Assembly: GCF_009914755.1 (NCBI RefSeq)
Contig: NC_060928.1
Direction: 5' to 3' (one strand)
DNA length: 64,000 nucleotides
DNA from: the human T2T-CHM13v2.0 reference genome, Homo sapiens
The notes beneath the pieces are model-generated. The model did not search any database and was not told the origin of the DNA. It worked only from the letters and a program-made list of their open reading frames with translations. Of the stretch, positions 34,571-48,657 are shown piece after piece; within the stretch, counting starts at the first letter, position 1, and each line of letters opens with the position of its first letter. The translations under genes were made by a program, and so were the position numbers.

Positions 34571-37479
34571 ACTGGCCTCAATTTAATTGGGAATTCACTG
34601 GAAGAGGCTAATGTGGTTTTTCTATGTTGAATTATCACACAGGGTAAAACAGGATGAAACAAACAAACAAAAAAAACACCAATAATTTCTAAAATGTCAA
34701 CAAAATGGAAAATAAAAGATAATACTTTTTAAAATTATTTCTATTTCAATGTATATTTAATTTATATTACCATACTAATTAGGTATTTTGAATATCACCA
34801 CTAATTGTGAGGAAATGAATTCTTGTGTCCCACATTATAAACAAAACACCTATGAGGGTATTTCTTTTGATGGCTTCATTGGTAACCTGAAAATCAGATT
34901 TCTAATAGGATCAAATTGCTTAAGAGAAAAAGATGAAAGATTCCTGTAAACTATAGCCAAATACCTAATGGTGATATAGTCTAGGGTTTACACAGTTATA
35001 TGATCAAGGGCAAGAAGTCTCTTTCTCTTCTTTCTCCCTTCTCCTCCATCTCCCTCTCAACAGAAATTTCAACCTTAATTTTATAGGTTTATTTTAAGAA
35101 AAATCTGTTTTCCAATCTATAGAGTAAATTGGTTTTCACTTAGTAATAAGATATGAGAGAATTGTATTAATTTTGAAACAGCCCTCATGACCTCATTATT
35201 TTTGATGTTTTCTGTGGAAAAACAAAATTGCCAGGGTAGCTGAACCTCTAAATTTAAAATTATTTTAGGGCTTTGAAAATGGTTTATGTAAAATAAAAAC
35301 ATATGAAAAATTGAAAATGCTGAAAAAATAAAATGTTAGAAGTCTACATGGATAGTTACATTTATAAAGCTTTTAAAAGCTGGGAATTATTTCATCTAAT
35401 TGAATATAAGTGAGTCTAACCTTAGCCTCTCCTCCTTATAACGCTGGTCTCCAATGAGATACAGATGCTCCATGTAGTGCTGGAGAGGAGTCACTAGGAT
35501 GTGGAAGAACATATTGGAACTCTTATTATTTTTATTATCTTCTACATGTTCTATGTTACTGGCGCATATCTTAAAAATTTATATATTACTAAAGTAGAAC
35601 AAATGTATAATTTAAACAGTAATAACTATATATGCATGCATGTGTGTGCATATGCTGATATTTGCACTGGTGGAGAAATGTTATAAAAGATCTTTATGCT
35701 ATGCTTCGCTGCCCTGTTTCCTTTCTGCTACTGCTACCACCATTCCCCAACCACAGAGAAGGTGGGTATGTTGCTTTCTGTCCCTAGCAGATTTTCCCCT
35801 GTTGGCATCAATTACCAGGACTACAAGGATGCTGGGGTGACACAAAACTTCATTTACTCTCATTTGTACCATCTTTCTGAGTTCCAGTGGTGATGAGATA
35901 AGTGGGGTTTCATTTTATATATATTAACTATATATTACCTTGGACAATCATGCCTACAATTTCCACTCTACATGGCAGACTCTTAATCCAAGCTCAGTGT
36001 CTTGCATTCTATCTAGCAGGTATTAGTTCTTTATTCAGAGGCTTAAAGTTATTCCACTGGAAGTACTAAACTAATAGACCTATTGATTTTTTTATAGGTA
36101 TGTTAGGGGAGGGCAAGTAAAATAATTTTGGGGAAAAAAATCTCAAATAAATCATTACTGAAATCAAAAAATTCTGATCCTAGTCTTTGCAATGTTCACC
36201 ACTGCTCTTTCTTGGTTGCTACATTTTGTTACCTGACCATTAAAAAATGTCATCTGCTGTCCTGTAAACAAGACTGTCTTTCTGAAATCTTAGAGAGAAA
36301 ACTGATTAAAAAAGATGCAGTTTATTTATAGAGCTAACTCTTCAGACAATGTTTTATAGACTCTATTGGTCTCCTTGAGCTTAGAAGAAACTAATTGCTT
36401 CATCTGCATAAATCATTCCTTTGGATGGCTGAAAAATAAAATTAATGGAGAGAGAAAATTAGCTCAAAATATGCAGAAGTCCCTTTTTTGAGGAAACTGT
36501 AAAGATCGCTTAATCCATATTTCTCAGAGACACAGCAATTGAGTCATTAAGAACTGACATGAAGTCATTTGCATTTGTATAGGTAAAATGGCCTGGGAGT
36601 AGTGAAGAAACTTTAATAACATTGCTGGACACAGGTGCTCAATGTACTGTCATACCTAAAATCAATAAGAAAAAGTTAAAAAGTTATGTAATAGAATCAG
36701 CAGGATGTGGCAATTTGATTGTATTACAACTTTCAGGTAAAAGTATGGCTCAAAGTAGAAATTTATGAATGAATGTTATGGTCATTGCCTCATGCTTACT
36801 AGAATATATTATTGAAATGAATATGATATCCAAATGGAAAAAAAGCTTCCCTTGCCCAAACTTTTGGAAAAAGAATGTGCACATCTTCTCTTCATCCTGT
36901 TTTAATTGGGCATGCTAGATTGGAATCTTTACAATTGCCTAAGCCCACACAGTGGTTCATTTAAAACAATATAGAATACATGGAGGGCATAAGGAAATTT
37001 CACTTTAATTGAAGGTCTATTTGATGCAGATATTAGTACTCACCAGTTCCTTGTTCAATATGATTGGTAAGAAAAGCTAATGAATTCTGGAATTTAACTA
37101 TAGTTTATAGAAAACTAAATGCAGTGATGTTTCATGTAGCATTAGCTGTGTACAATATGATATCAACAATTCATGCTTGTGCAGCAAGGTACAGGAAATT
37201 GGCATTTGATTATTGATTTAGGTAGTGCCTTCCTTTCCATCTATATTTTAAAAAGAAGGCAAATTCAATTTTTATTCATGTGGAATGGCCTCTAGTGCAC
37301 ATGTGTTATGTTCCACAAGAATATATAAATTATTCTACTTATACAAAAATCTGTAAAGAAGAGACTTAGATTTGATTTAGTTGAAATTAAAAAAAAAGCT
37401 GTTATCCATTATATTGATGCCATAATGTTGCTGTCTCAATTTGAGACCAAGCTAGGAAAGAATTACAAATGCTTGATAA

Positions 37480-39320
37480 TCATATGACCACCAGAGGATG
37501 ATCAACCTGACTAAAGTACAATGCTTACAGCAAATAGAAAATATCCTAGGCCCCATTTGCACAGGAGCAACTGGAGATATTCTTCAGACAACAAAAAATA
37601 AGTTATTGTCTCTGACAGATGCCAAAATAAAAGGCAGAGAGAGTGATTTTGTTTTTTAGTTTCTGGAGAAAACACATCACATCTGGGAATGTTACTAGCC
37701 TATATTCATAAAGTTACCAAGAAAATCAATAATTTTGAATGGAGCTTTGAGCAGAACAGCCTTCCTTTGTGCCTCAAAAAGCCAGAATGCAATCAAGCTC
37801 GTTATGGCCTCACAACCAGCACAGTTAAATGATTTTGGAAGTGCCTGCATTGTGTAGCCACATTGACTGGAGTCTGGAAAAAGTTTGTTACTGACACCCA
37901 GCAGCAGCTGCTGGGATTTTGGACTAGGAAATAATCTGATACATCTTCAAGGTACACATCATTTGAAAAGTTAGCTGATTATTGGGCTTTAATTGAAAGT
38001 GTTTCTATTGCTGAATGGCATACAGTTATTTTGAGGCCTGAGATGCTCATCATGGCCTGGGTTATATTATACCATCATTGCAACTGGGAGAGAAGTACTA
38101 TACACCGGCTTTCCTCATTAAATGGAAATGGTATATTCAAGAATGTGCAAAAATTTCTACCAACAAAGGTAGCAATAACAAATGAACATGTAGTTGCTAT
38201 GTCTTTGGGTCTTTCTTTGAATCTTCCTGAGGATTTACCTAACCAACTGGCTAAACAGGATCCTTCCAATAATTAATTATTTGAGGACACTAAATATACA
38301 ACAACATTCGCAGATGTTGTCTCAAGAGTGTAGCGTTGCTACTCAATCTCAAAAATATCAGTTCTGTGACTAGTTGATGGTTACATGTAAAAAAAAAAAA
38401 GAGGGAAATGATCAATTCACTTAATGGACAAAATTAAGAGGCATTTCTTATGCCATCAGATAAAACATAATTATAGAAATAATGATATGGTGTGAGTTTT
38501 TACTATTTAAAGGCAATAACCAATAAACTAATAATATATTTAGAAAATGAGCCAGAGATAACTGGAAGATAAAAGGAATCTCAGTGTCAGGTGCTAGATT
38601 ATGGACAAATTTAAGGATTTAAGAAATCAATATGAGGCATATTGATGACCATCAAGAGAATCAAAAGAACCCCATCCAAATGCAAAAGAGGGACTGAAAC
38701 CAAGAAGTGAATGCTCATGTTTGATACATGAGATGAATGGCCACAGAGGCATGAAGCAATAAACTAACTGACAGAAAAAAAAAAAACTATTTCATACTGT
38801 CTCTCTCAGAAGCTCATGGTATTACTAACAATTGCCTTGTTTGTCAACAGCACCATCAGAGATTGAGAAGCCTGGAGCAGATCGAGGCTGACCCACAGCT
38901 TGTAGGGGGATTACACTGACCCATTATGGTGGACACCAAAGGGCCTTGATCAGGTTCAACACTCAATCTAGATTTGGATTTATGCACCCATGAACTGAAA
39001 AAGAAATGCCTCTAAAAAGCCGTTAAATGCCTAGAGCAGAAAATAGTTCAAAATGAACCTTCTGCTTACATAGCATTTGATCAAGGAACTCATTTTATTG
39101 CAGATGCAATGGCAATGGGCTGAGAAACATCACACTTTATTACCCACAAAATAGAGGGAAAATAAAAAATTGGAATGAACAATTGAAGCAGCTGCTTCCT
39201 ATATTGAGAGGTGATAAAGGACTAAAGGAATGGCTTGTGCAACTCAATAATGTGTTAAAACTTAATATATGTGAATATAAAGGGAGTTCATAATTGGACA
39301 GATTGTTGAGATGCAGTGGG
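37480..39320 (+). mobile_element. Ancient ERV-L (class III) pol remnant: RT connection, RNase H, integrase
   Basis: Decayed motifs GFWTRK..YTSFEK..YWALIE (~37914), IKWKWYIQE (~38117), integrase CLVC (~38834), DQGTHF (~39079), NWNEQLK (~39168). Confidence 0.75.
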
Positions 39321-39489
39321 GAAAATAGAAAACAGAGAGTGAGGGATGCTGTAGAAACATACATAATTTTTTCCCCTATTTCTAACATTTCTTTTTCCTT
39401 TTTGTCCCTGATTCTTTATTATGGGAACTGGATCACATTTATGAGTTCCAAAGGGAGGAATCATTGTGAAATATTACCCATGACAATAT

Positions 39490-40720
39490 CTCTGAATGAA
39501 AATGAAGTTAAAAGGGAAAAAAGAAAGAAATCTTCAAGAGAAAATTAGAAAAAGTAGACGGGTGAAGATGATCCAATACAATATGATTGGCATCCCTGAA
39601 GTAAAAAACAATTAGATGAAATAGAACAAAGATTAACAATTATAATTTAAAGAAAACATTTCTGAAACAAAATGTTACTTAAGCCTATGTATTGAAAGAG
39701 TACAATATTATATGGGAATTTCAGCTGAGATTAGCAATGCTAAGGTATAAACCATTGAAACTACTCTAGTCAAAGATTTTTAAAAAGACATTTCGAATCC
39801 AGGGGAAAAAATTAAGTTACTTATACAGGGAAAAAGCAAATAGGTACAAGATTTCTTGAAAATAACATTTTAAAATGGAATACAGTGGAGCAATTTAAGA
39901 TATTCAAGGAAGCAAAGATTTTGTATCCTGCCAAAGTATAAAGGCCACAGACAATTATGAACATAGACAATATTAAATAATATTGTTCCTGTCACCTATT
40001 TATGCATAATCTTCTTAATAATGACTTTGGACATTTGAGCAATTATAAAAAACTGTTATTAGGTGTGGTTATAAGCAAAAAGTATATGAAATTATGCAAA
40101 CAAGCTAAATGTTTAAGATGACAATGAGAAAATTGTTTGTTCCTGATTCTTTATTGTGGAACCTGGATTGCAAGTATGAGGTCCAAAGGAAGCAATTGTT
40201 AAACATGATCCAAAAGAACTCTGAATATGATAAAGAAAAATGCATTTTTAATGCTAAAGTTCCAGAATGTGGATCTTAATACACACCAAATTACTTGAGT
40301 TCTCAAACAAAGGAGTGCAATAAAAAGAGATGATTGAGGGAGAGGGATGAGGAGACTAATAGAGAATAATAGAAATTTTAGAATCATAACAACCATGTGC
40401 AATGTATGGGCTTTTCTAAATCTTTATTTAGATAAATTAAGTTATATCTAAGACAATTGACTTGAATATGGGCTGGATAGTAGATAATATTAAAGAGTTG
40501 TCCATTTTACTATGTATGATAGTGGCATGGTTGTGATATATAAAAAAGATTTATATCAGAAATATACACTGAAGAATCTACTAGTTAAATGACATAGTTT
40601 GTGATTTTATGAATATTCCAGAGAAATTAGAGGGTTAGTAAATATTAAAACTGATCCATGGGAATTTGTGATACAATTATCTCTACTATTGTAGATATGA
40701 AACCATTTCCACAATAAAAT
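39490..40720 (+). mobile_element. Ancient L1ME/HAL1 fragments (ORF1-like and 3' end)
   Basis: 'atccaatacaatatgattggcatccctgaag' and 3'-end 'tacaattatctctactattgtagatatgaaaccatttccacaataaaatgtt'. Confidence 0.5.
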
Positions 40721-40771
40721 GTTAATGAATAATTCTCATGTGTGTATTTATAAACCAGATCTAAAAACCTA

Positions 40772-40823
40772 ACGTTTATTTTAGCCAGTTAATTATAACA
40801 CGTTTATTTTAGCCAGTTAATTA
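40772..40823. repeat. Perfect 24-bp duplication, period 28
   Basis: acgtttattttagccagttaatta at 40772-40795 and 40800-40823. Confidence 0.9.
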
Positions 40824-41037
40824 GAATTTCAAATTTTGGCAGCAATAATGCTTAAAAATGAAAATGCTATCTATATTTAGCAAAATAAACAATAAATTGT
40901 TTTAAATGATTATATAAAACAGTTACAAAAATATTTAAATATCTATGAAAGTTATTGAATAATATTAGAAAAATTAACAGACTTGTTTTCGCAGGGCTTT
41001 TCTTTACACATTCTACAATTATATCTCTCTTTCTCTC

Positions 41038-41368
41038 TCTTTTTGATTTTAGAGATGGGTCTTGCTCTGTGACCCAGGCTGGAGTGCAGTGGCATGATCA
41101 TAGCTCACTGTAGCCTTGAACTCTGGCCTCAAGTGATCTTCCCACCTCAGCCTCTCAAGTAGCTAGGACTGCAGGCAGGCACCATCACACCTGGCCAATT
41201 AAAACAAAACAAACCTTTTTTAAAAAATATATACACAAACCTTTTGTTTTTTTTAAGACAGTGTTTCACTGTGTTGCTCAGGCTGGTCTGGAACCCCTGG
41301 CTTCAAATGATTCGTCTCCCTCAGGTTCCCTAGTTGCTGGGATTATAAGTATGATCCAATAAGCCCTG
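41038..41368 (-). mobile_element. AluJ
   Basis: Antisense Alu with gatcatagctcactgtagccttgaactc (J-type). Confidence 0.88.
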
Positions 41369-42687
41369 CAGTAGCTCTCTTTTTAAAAAGAGTTACAATT
41401 CCCCCTGGTTTTCATATCTACAGCTTCTTTCTGCTTAAATATTCTCCAGAAAAAATATTTTGGAAGATTACTGAGCACAAATAGGCAATAACAAATGTTT
41501 TCTGCTATGTTCGTGAAAGTAATAGAAATGTCTGTATTGTAGAGTATAACATTAATGATTTTATTGTACCTGTTCTTGTTAAATATAAAACTAGTCTTTC
41601 CACATCACTTCACTAAACCATGGCTAAAATAGATCAACAGTAGCTAACAGAAAAAGAAATAGTCATTTAAAGGAACTTCCTCTTAAGTCATGATAGTTTT
41701 TTAAAGCTATGTATTTGAGATAATCTCACATTGCCTATATTGTTGCTAAAGCTAATTCTTTACTTCTCTACATTATTGATTATATTAATACTTTCCTTGA
41801 CTTTCTGATTTGCCAAATAATTTTTTAAAAATTTATCATCATTTCAAATGTTCAGTTAGCTTAAATAGACATGCATTTAGGAATATACATAAAACTACTT
41901 CAATAAACTGTATCCTACTGAAGAAGGATAATAGGAAAAATAAAACATTTTATTAACTTGGTGCCAACTATATTATTACTTTTATATATTCTATTATTTT
42001 CTCTATTGCTTAATAGTTCCTTTAAATTTGTCAGAGGAAATCATATCCATAGTATCCCTGTCCCCCCATCTTGCCAATCTCACCATCTGTGAGATAATTT
42101 CACAACTTTCTATATGTTCTTGCAATCAATTACAAACATATATTCACTTATATAGTCTTCCCCATACATTTTAATTTTCTTGAAAAATTGGATCTATGCT
42201 GTATATTTCACTCTGCGATTTGCTGTTTTTCGATTAGCCATTTTTTTAGTTTCTCACAAAAATTTAATATTCTTCTATTTATTGTGTGTAGAAATTTCCA
42301 CGGTGCTATAGCTATATCATATGTATTTATTCTCCCATTGGTGGATGATATAATTATCTACTCAAATTTATACTGGCTATTTCTGCTACTTATATAATTT
42401 TAAATAAAAACTTTATCTTTCAGGAAAAGATTCTTAGAATTGAGCTAAAATAAATCCACTTGTTTAAATGAAAATGTAAGTTGCTTGCCAAGAAGTTGTC
42501 TCCTTCTTCCCAAAAAGTTGAGTAAATATTTGTAAATATTGCTTCGCTTATGCTGTGACAGAAACAATAGAGAGAAACAACATTAATTCTTTCTAAGAGT
42601 TACTTCCTTTGTCATCACTGTTTAGCTTGCAGATGCTCATACAAGGAAAAACAGTGAGTAAGTGCTTGGTTATAAAACCTTAAATAT

Positions 42688-43399
42688 AATCATTTGGGTA
42701 TATACCCAGTAATGGGATTGCTGAGTCAAATGCTATTTCTGGTTCTAGATCCTCAAGGAATTGCGACACTGTCTTCCATAATGGTTGAACTAATTTACAC
42801 TCCCACCAACAGTGTAAAAGTGTTCCTATTTCTTCACATCCTCTCCAGCATCTGTTGTTTCCTGACTTTTTAATGAGTGCCATTCTAACTGGCATGAGAT
42901 GGTATCTCATTGTGTTTTTGATTTGCATTTCTCTAATGACCAGTGATGATAAGCATTTTTTCATGTTTGTTGGCCGCATAAATGTCTTCTTTTGAGAAGT
43001 GTCTGTTCATAAACTGAATAAAGAAAATGTGGCACATATACACCATGGAATATTATGTAGCTGTAAAAAAAGGGTAAGTTCATGTCCTTTGCAGGACATG
43101 GATGAAGCTGGAAACCATCATTCTCAGCAAACTAACACAGGAACAGAAAACAAAACACCGCATGTTCTCACTCATAAGTGGGAGTTGAACAATGAGAACA
43201 CAAGGACACAGGGAAGGGAACATCACACACTGGGTCCTGTCACGGGCTGGAGGGCTAAGGGTGGGATAGCATTGGGAGAAATACCTAATGTAGATGACGG
43301 GTTGATGGGTGCAGCAAACCACCATGGCACGCGTATACCTATGTAACAAACCTACACGTTCTGCACATGTATCCCAGAACTTAAAATATAATTAAAAAT
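42688..43399 (+). mobile_element. 5'-inverted (twin-primed) L1PA7-like element
   Basis: 42688-43010 antisense ORF2 C-terminus joined to sense 3' end 43009-43399; TSD aaaccttaaatat at 42675-42687 and 43400-43412. Confidence 0.92.
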
Positions 43400-44510
43400 A
43401 AACCTTAAATATTAAATTAAGTTGGTCTCACAAAGGAAAATTTTGTTATCATCATTCGTTCTTTTGTAACACTGGGCATTAGGTAAGAAAATAATATTTT
43501 TAAAAACAATTTTATAATTGTGTAGAACAAAAGTAATAGATAAGGGCAGTGAACATCACTCTGAATTTGATACCAAAGCTAGCAAACACTTAGAGAATGA
43601 GATTCCTATTGCAGCTTGAATATTATAACTAAAAATGTTTGGTTTATAATAGCTATTTGGAAGCAGTTTTTAATATAAGAGGTTATTTCACAGTTCACAG
43701 TTCAACAGACCTCATCTCCTTACATATGAGAAATTTTTATCTATTTTGCAATTTTCAATGACTGCATTTATGGAATGGCAATAGACATAACATGGCTTAA
43801 ATGCTAGGCTTTTATAAACACTATGTCCATCCAGACACAGGTATTCATTACTATTATTATTTTGCATACTTAAGCATGATTGAATAAAACTGTTTTTCTC
43901 TTCCATAAAGTAACTCCTCACATATATGTGTGTACACAAAACTATATGTATGCATATTTTAAATAGATATACATGTTATATAGTTATGTGATGCACGGCA
44001 AATTATATATAATACATATTTTTGTATTTAATGTGTATGTATTATTTATCATGTTTCATTCCATATATTATAATATTGCTGATTGAGTTGAAACTGGCCC
44101 CATCATTTTTGGCCAGAGGTGTGTTTCTGTTTCTCTTTGACCCTGCCGCTGAGGACCCCAGCAATGTTCCTGATTGCCTTGGAAGAACATCTACATCTAG
44201 ATAGGTGAGTGTCTTTTGTGGGCCCAGACAGCGGGCTCTGCTGTTCCCAAAAACTTGGGAAATTTTAAAGGATTTTCTGTTTGCAAGTTGAACAAGCCTA
44301 ACCAACAGAGAGAGGAAGCACCCCGACCGTTTCATTGTGGACACTCTCAGGGCTTGTGTGTTGCTGCAGCAGTTGGGTTGCATTTTGTTGATTGTTTTGT
44401 GTGTGTGTCAACGTAGTTGTAGGGGGGTTGGAGTTCTATTTGAGAGTGCAGGCTGGGCTAGAAATCCAACCTATCTTCAGGGTTGATCTGAACGTAGTTT
44501 TTTTTGCCAT

Positions 44511-44560
44511 GGCTAGGCCATACCACCCTGAACACACCCGGTGTCATCTAATCTTGGAAG
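44511..44560 (+). pseudogene. 5S rRNA 5' fragment (~nt 1-51)
   Basis: ggctaggccataccaccctgaacacacccggtgtcatctaatcttggaag versus 5S GTCTACGGCCATACCACCCTGAACGCGCCCGATCTCGTCTGATCTCGGAAG; about half the mismatches are CpG transitions. Confidence 0.85.
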
Positions 44561-46401
44561 GTCTTTGAATTGTAATGCCATCTTCATTTTGCTGTTGAAT
44601 GAAAAAGCAGGTGGGAATTCCATGTATCCAGATTATACGCTGTTGTTCTGAGCAGGGCCAGACCTGGTTAGTACATGATGTTCTTCTGTGGTGCTGTTTG
44701 GCTCCAGTGTTCTTTGGAGTCTGGGGAGGTTTGGCTTTGAAAAGAGTCAAACTTCCATGGAAACCACTTTACCTAAAATTCTGGTTTGCAGCCTTTATTA
44801 GATTATCTATCAAGGCAAACAAAGTTTAGCCAGGTGAACACTTTCATAAACCAATGAGTTTGTATTAGTATCTCATGGCTAGAGTTCCAAGGTAAAAGCT
44901 ATTTGATCTTTGTATGTGTGCCTATATGTTTGGGTGTTATGTGTTGTTTTTACAAGGTACCAAATTGGCTTATAAATAAAAGAGTGCACATAGATTAAAT
45001 ATGTGCAAGTACTTTTCAAGTTCATATAAGTTAAGTATACCTTTAAACAAGCTGGCTTTAAGATAATTGGTAAAATAAAAATAGAATTGTCTTCAGAATT
45101 ATCTGCATACATTTTTGTCTGGACTTTATATCTCTCTCTGTTGGGTATTTTAAGGTGTAGGATTTGGCCCCAAAGGTTATAAGACTGTAAACTCAGCCAA
45201 GAATAAAATGATCTTTGTGTTATCTTTTGACAAATAAGACTAATGTTGTTGATTTAATAGAAACGGCTGAATCTTCTGAGTTATTGGTGAAAATACCTTT
45301 AACTTTAAGGTTGTTACCTGATATTCACAGGCTATAAAAATGGTTAACAAGGAAACAACTTGAAATGATGACTAGCTTTGTCTAACATCTGTTCTCAGAA
45401 GTAATCTAGATAAACTGTTAAAAAGTGAAAAATTGAGTACATGCAGATGGGCAAATGTTTGTAGGTGAACTTTTATAATTTAAAATCATAGTTATTTTTG
45501 GATGCTTAGTGAATGTTTAGGTCATTTCCAATTAAGAAAGGATTGTGACATGGGGAAACCTTTTTTAAAAATTGTGCAATATTCTCATCTATAAAATGCT
45601 AATACCAGATTGACAGTTCAGGATTTCTCACTTCCCAGGTCTTCACTGAAATTTAAGGTTATTGAGACAAAGAATTCTAGTTTACACATAATCCTGTAAA
45701 TAAGATGTGCCAAAAAAAATGTGTCCTTATTGAAAGAATAACTTTGTCTCGTTGAGAAGTTACTAAAGGTTAATTTAAACAATGGACTTTGAAAGGTTAT
45801 TTGTGAAACAAGCTAGGAACCAGTAAGTAGGGGAGAGAGATGAAGAAAGTTATCGATACATGATAATGTATTTTTGGTAAGGAAGGTTATAAAGAAAGGA
45901 GGATAATTTTGTAGGAGAAAGGATCTTGGTAAATTCTTATCCTAAAGTAAAATGAAGAGAAAATTCAGGACAAAACTGAAGGCCCAAACATGTTATAGAT
46001 GGTCTGTGTAAGTCATAAGTAGTTTTTTTTGTTTGTTTGTTTTTCTGTATGTCTGCCTTCATGCACATACAGGGAAAATAAAACATTTAAAAAGTTAACA
46101 AAATATTAATAGAAAACTGGAGATATTTGGCTAATTAATATTGCTCATAGTTAAAAATGAAGGTGAAGTAGATATTGTGAAGAAATACATTGGCAGTTTG
46201 GTAATTCTTTAAAATAGTTGAGCATGAAGCCAGATTTAGCGTGGAGCCAAATTTCACAAATGCTTGCATTTCTTTGTTTCACATGATATTTGCTATTCTG
46301 CATACAGTATTAACACTAAGGTGCTTACTGGTTATGTGCCTGAAGTGATTATCTTAATTTCACAAAGTGTATGATGGTGTTGGTAGATTTAAAGATACTA
46401 A

Positions 46402-46403
<2 letters not shown>

Positions 46404-46445
<42 letters not shown>

Positions 46446-46450
46446 TGTGT
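46404..46450. repeat. Compound (T)n(GT)n microsatellite
   Basis: Seen directly. Confidence 0.95.
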
Positions 46451-46492
46451 AAAGCTCTGGGTAACACTGTAGCTTCGAAGGTAAATTAAGGA

Positions 46493-47026
46493 TGCTGTTA
46501 TAAAGACACAGGCACACGTATGTTTACTGCGGCACCATTCACAATAGCAAAGACTTGGAACCAACCCAAATGTCCAACAATGATAGACTGGATTAAGAAA
46601 ATGTGGCACATATACACCATGGAATACTATGCAGCCATAAAAAATGATGAGTTCATGTCCTTTGTAGGGACATTGATGAAATTGGAAACCATCATTCACA
46701 GTAAACTATCACAAGGACAAAAAACCAAACACCTCATGTTCTCACTCATAGAGGGGAATTGAACAATGAGAACACATGGACACAGGAAGGGGAACATCAC
46801 ACTCTGGTGACTGTTGTGGGGTGGGGGGAGGGGGGAGGGTTAGCACGAGATATACCTAATGCTAAATGATGAGTTAATGGGTGCAGCACACCAGCATGGC
46901 ACATGTATAATATGTAACTAACCTGCACATTGTGCACATGTACCCTGAAACTTAAAGTATAATAATAATAAAAAAAAATAAAAAAAATTAAAAAATTAAA
47001 AAATAAAAAAAGAAGAAATATGCAAA
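46493..47026 (+). mobile_element. Short 5'-truncated L1PA2/3-like 3' end nested in the ERV
   Basis: cacactctgg, caccagcatggc and aactaacc diagnostics; TSD tcgaaggtaaattaagga at 46475-46492 and 47027-47044. Confidence 0.92.
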
Positions 47027-48474
47027 TCGAAGGTAAATTAAGGAGAAGAAAATTTAAGGTTGACTTTGTTTTTTGCTTTTAATTCACATTTATTTGCTCT
47101 TCTTTCGGTTTTACTTGGATATACATACATAAAGTAACTGTTTAGTTTCTAGTGGAAGGCTTTTATTTGGTTCTCTGAATAGTCATTTTGCTTCCTAATA
47201 ATTTCCAACAATTCATTATTTTCTGTTCATTTAAAACATAAGCTACTTTTGTCAATAAATGATAGAGTGTACCAGCCACTTAAAAATGGATTGGTTTGGT
47301 TTACATCTGATAATATAGAGAGCCGTAAGAGCTTTAAGTTTCCTGGCCAAAAATTAAAGAACAGTTCTGTTACTAGAATGCTAGCAATTGGACATAAGCA
47401 AAGAGTAATCTAACCACTTTAATACAATGGTTTGATGTGCTGCAGGCAATAACTACTAGATGTGAAACTAGTGTTCAATTTGTGATGTGTTAGAATAATA
47501 GGGCTTTCTGTAGTATTAGTAAACTGAACCACTAATTTCTAAATGTTATGTCTAAATATTCGTTGAACATTGGCTTCTGTTCTTAGCATAAGTGCCTATA
47601 TTATACTTGATCATTTATATTGTAGATAGACTACTTTGCTGTAAGATAAGTTTCTGCTCACACATTATCAATAGAGTGCTCTTTTACTGTAATTTTATTT
47701 CTATATTGCTCTTAAAGTCTTTTGATTATCACTTTGGTTAAATGAATATTATTTTGTAATGACCTGTGATTCCATTTTGAGCAAATGTTTTGAGGCTTTC
47801 AACATCTTTGATAAACATCTTATCAACTAATCCTTGTGTTGTAATAGGATTTGACTCCTGGGTCTGAAAAATGGCACCAACTCCTGCTAAATGTTGAACA
47901 TTGACACCAGCCAAAGCCTCTTCTTCAAACCCAGGAGAAGATGACAATCAAACTACTTTAATGAGACACAGGGCCAGAAACTAAAACTTCAATCCCTCCA
48001 GTCCCATTGGAAGAGGTTATTATGGAGGATCTTAAGGGCTGATTTTGAGGGATAAAATTAGTTCAGGCCCTCCAAATCAATTGTGTTCAGGCACACAAAT
48101 GCCTAAATAGCTGACAAATTAAGGAAGTTTGCCTCTCTACATTCCTTAACTCAAATGAGTCTAACAAAGTGCTTATGTTTTGTATAAATAATTGCTACAA
48201 GTCAGTATCTAAGACTAGAAATCAATTCTGTAAACTTACTTTTTGAATTCTGTGTTTTGGCTTTTATGTTGCTTAAAAGGTTTTAAGGGTTAATGAATAC
48301 CTGCCCATCTCCATTCTTGTCTGACCTAGGACATTTAATTGGGATAAGTCTTTTGGCCATAGGGGTTCTACTAAGGGCCAGGATAGACCTGGGGGAGGTA
48401 GCCACACCACCTGGCAATGATATGGGACAAAATAAAACCTTAGCCATTGATGCTGACTCTGGCAAATCTTGGCC

Positions 48475-48657
48475 AAGAGGGGGAAATACAAAGTAAAAAT
48501 AAAATCCTAAGTCCCTCTGCCACTGACTAAGTGGACCTACTTGTGGCCAACAGAACCCCAGAAAAACCTTACAACTGAGTTCCCAGCCACGATGGGATAA
48601 GAAGTCAAACATGCCTCATTATACCCCCTTCCTTTGTCGTTAGATACAACAACTGAC
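48475..48657 (+). mobile_element. Internal PPT plus partial second-family LTR (MER83/MER4-group-like)
   Basis: aagagggggaaa followed by '..aaaaataaaatcctaag..ccccagaaaaacctt..ctgagttcccagcca..cctcattataccccc'. Confidence 0.6.
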
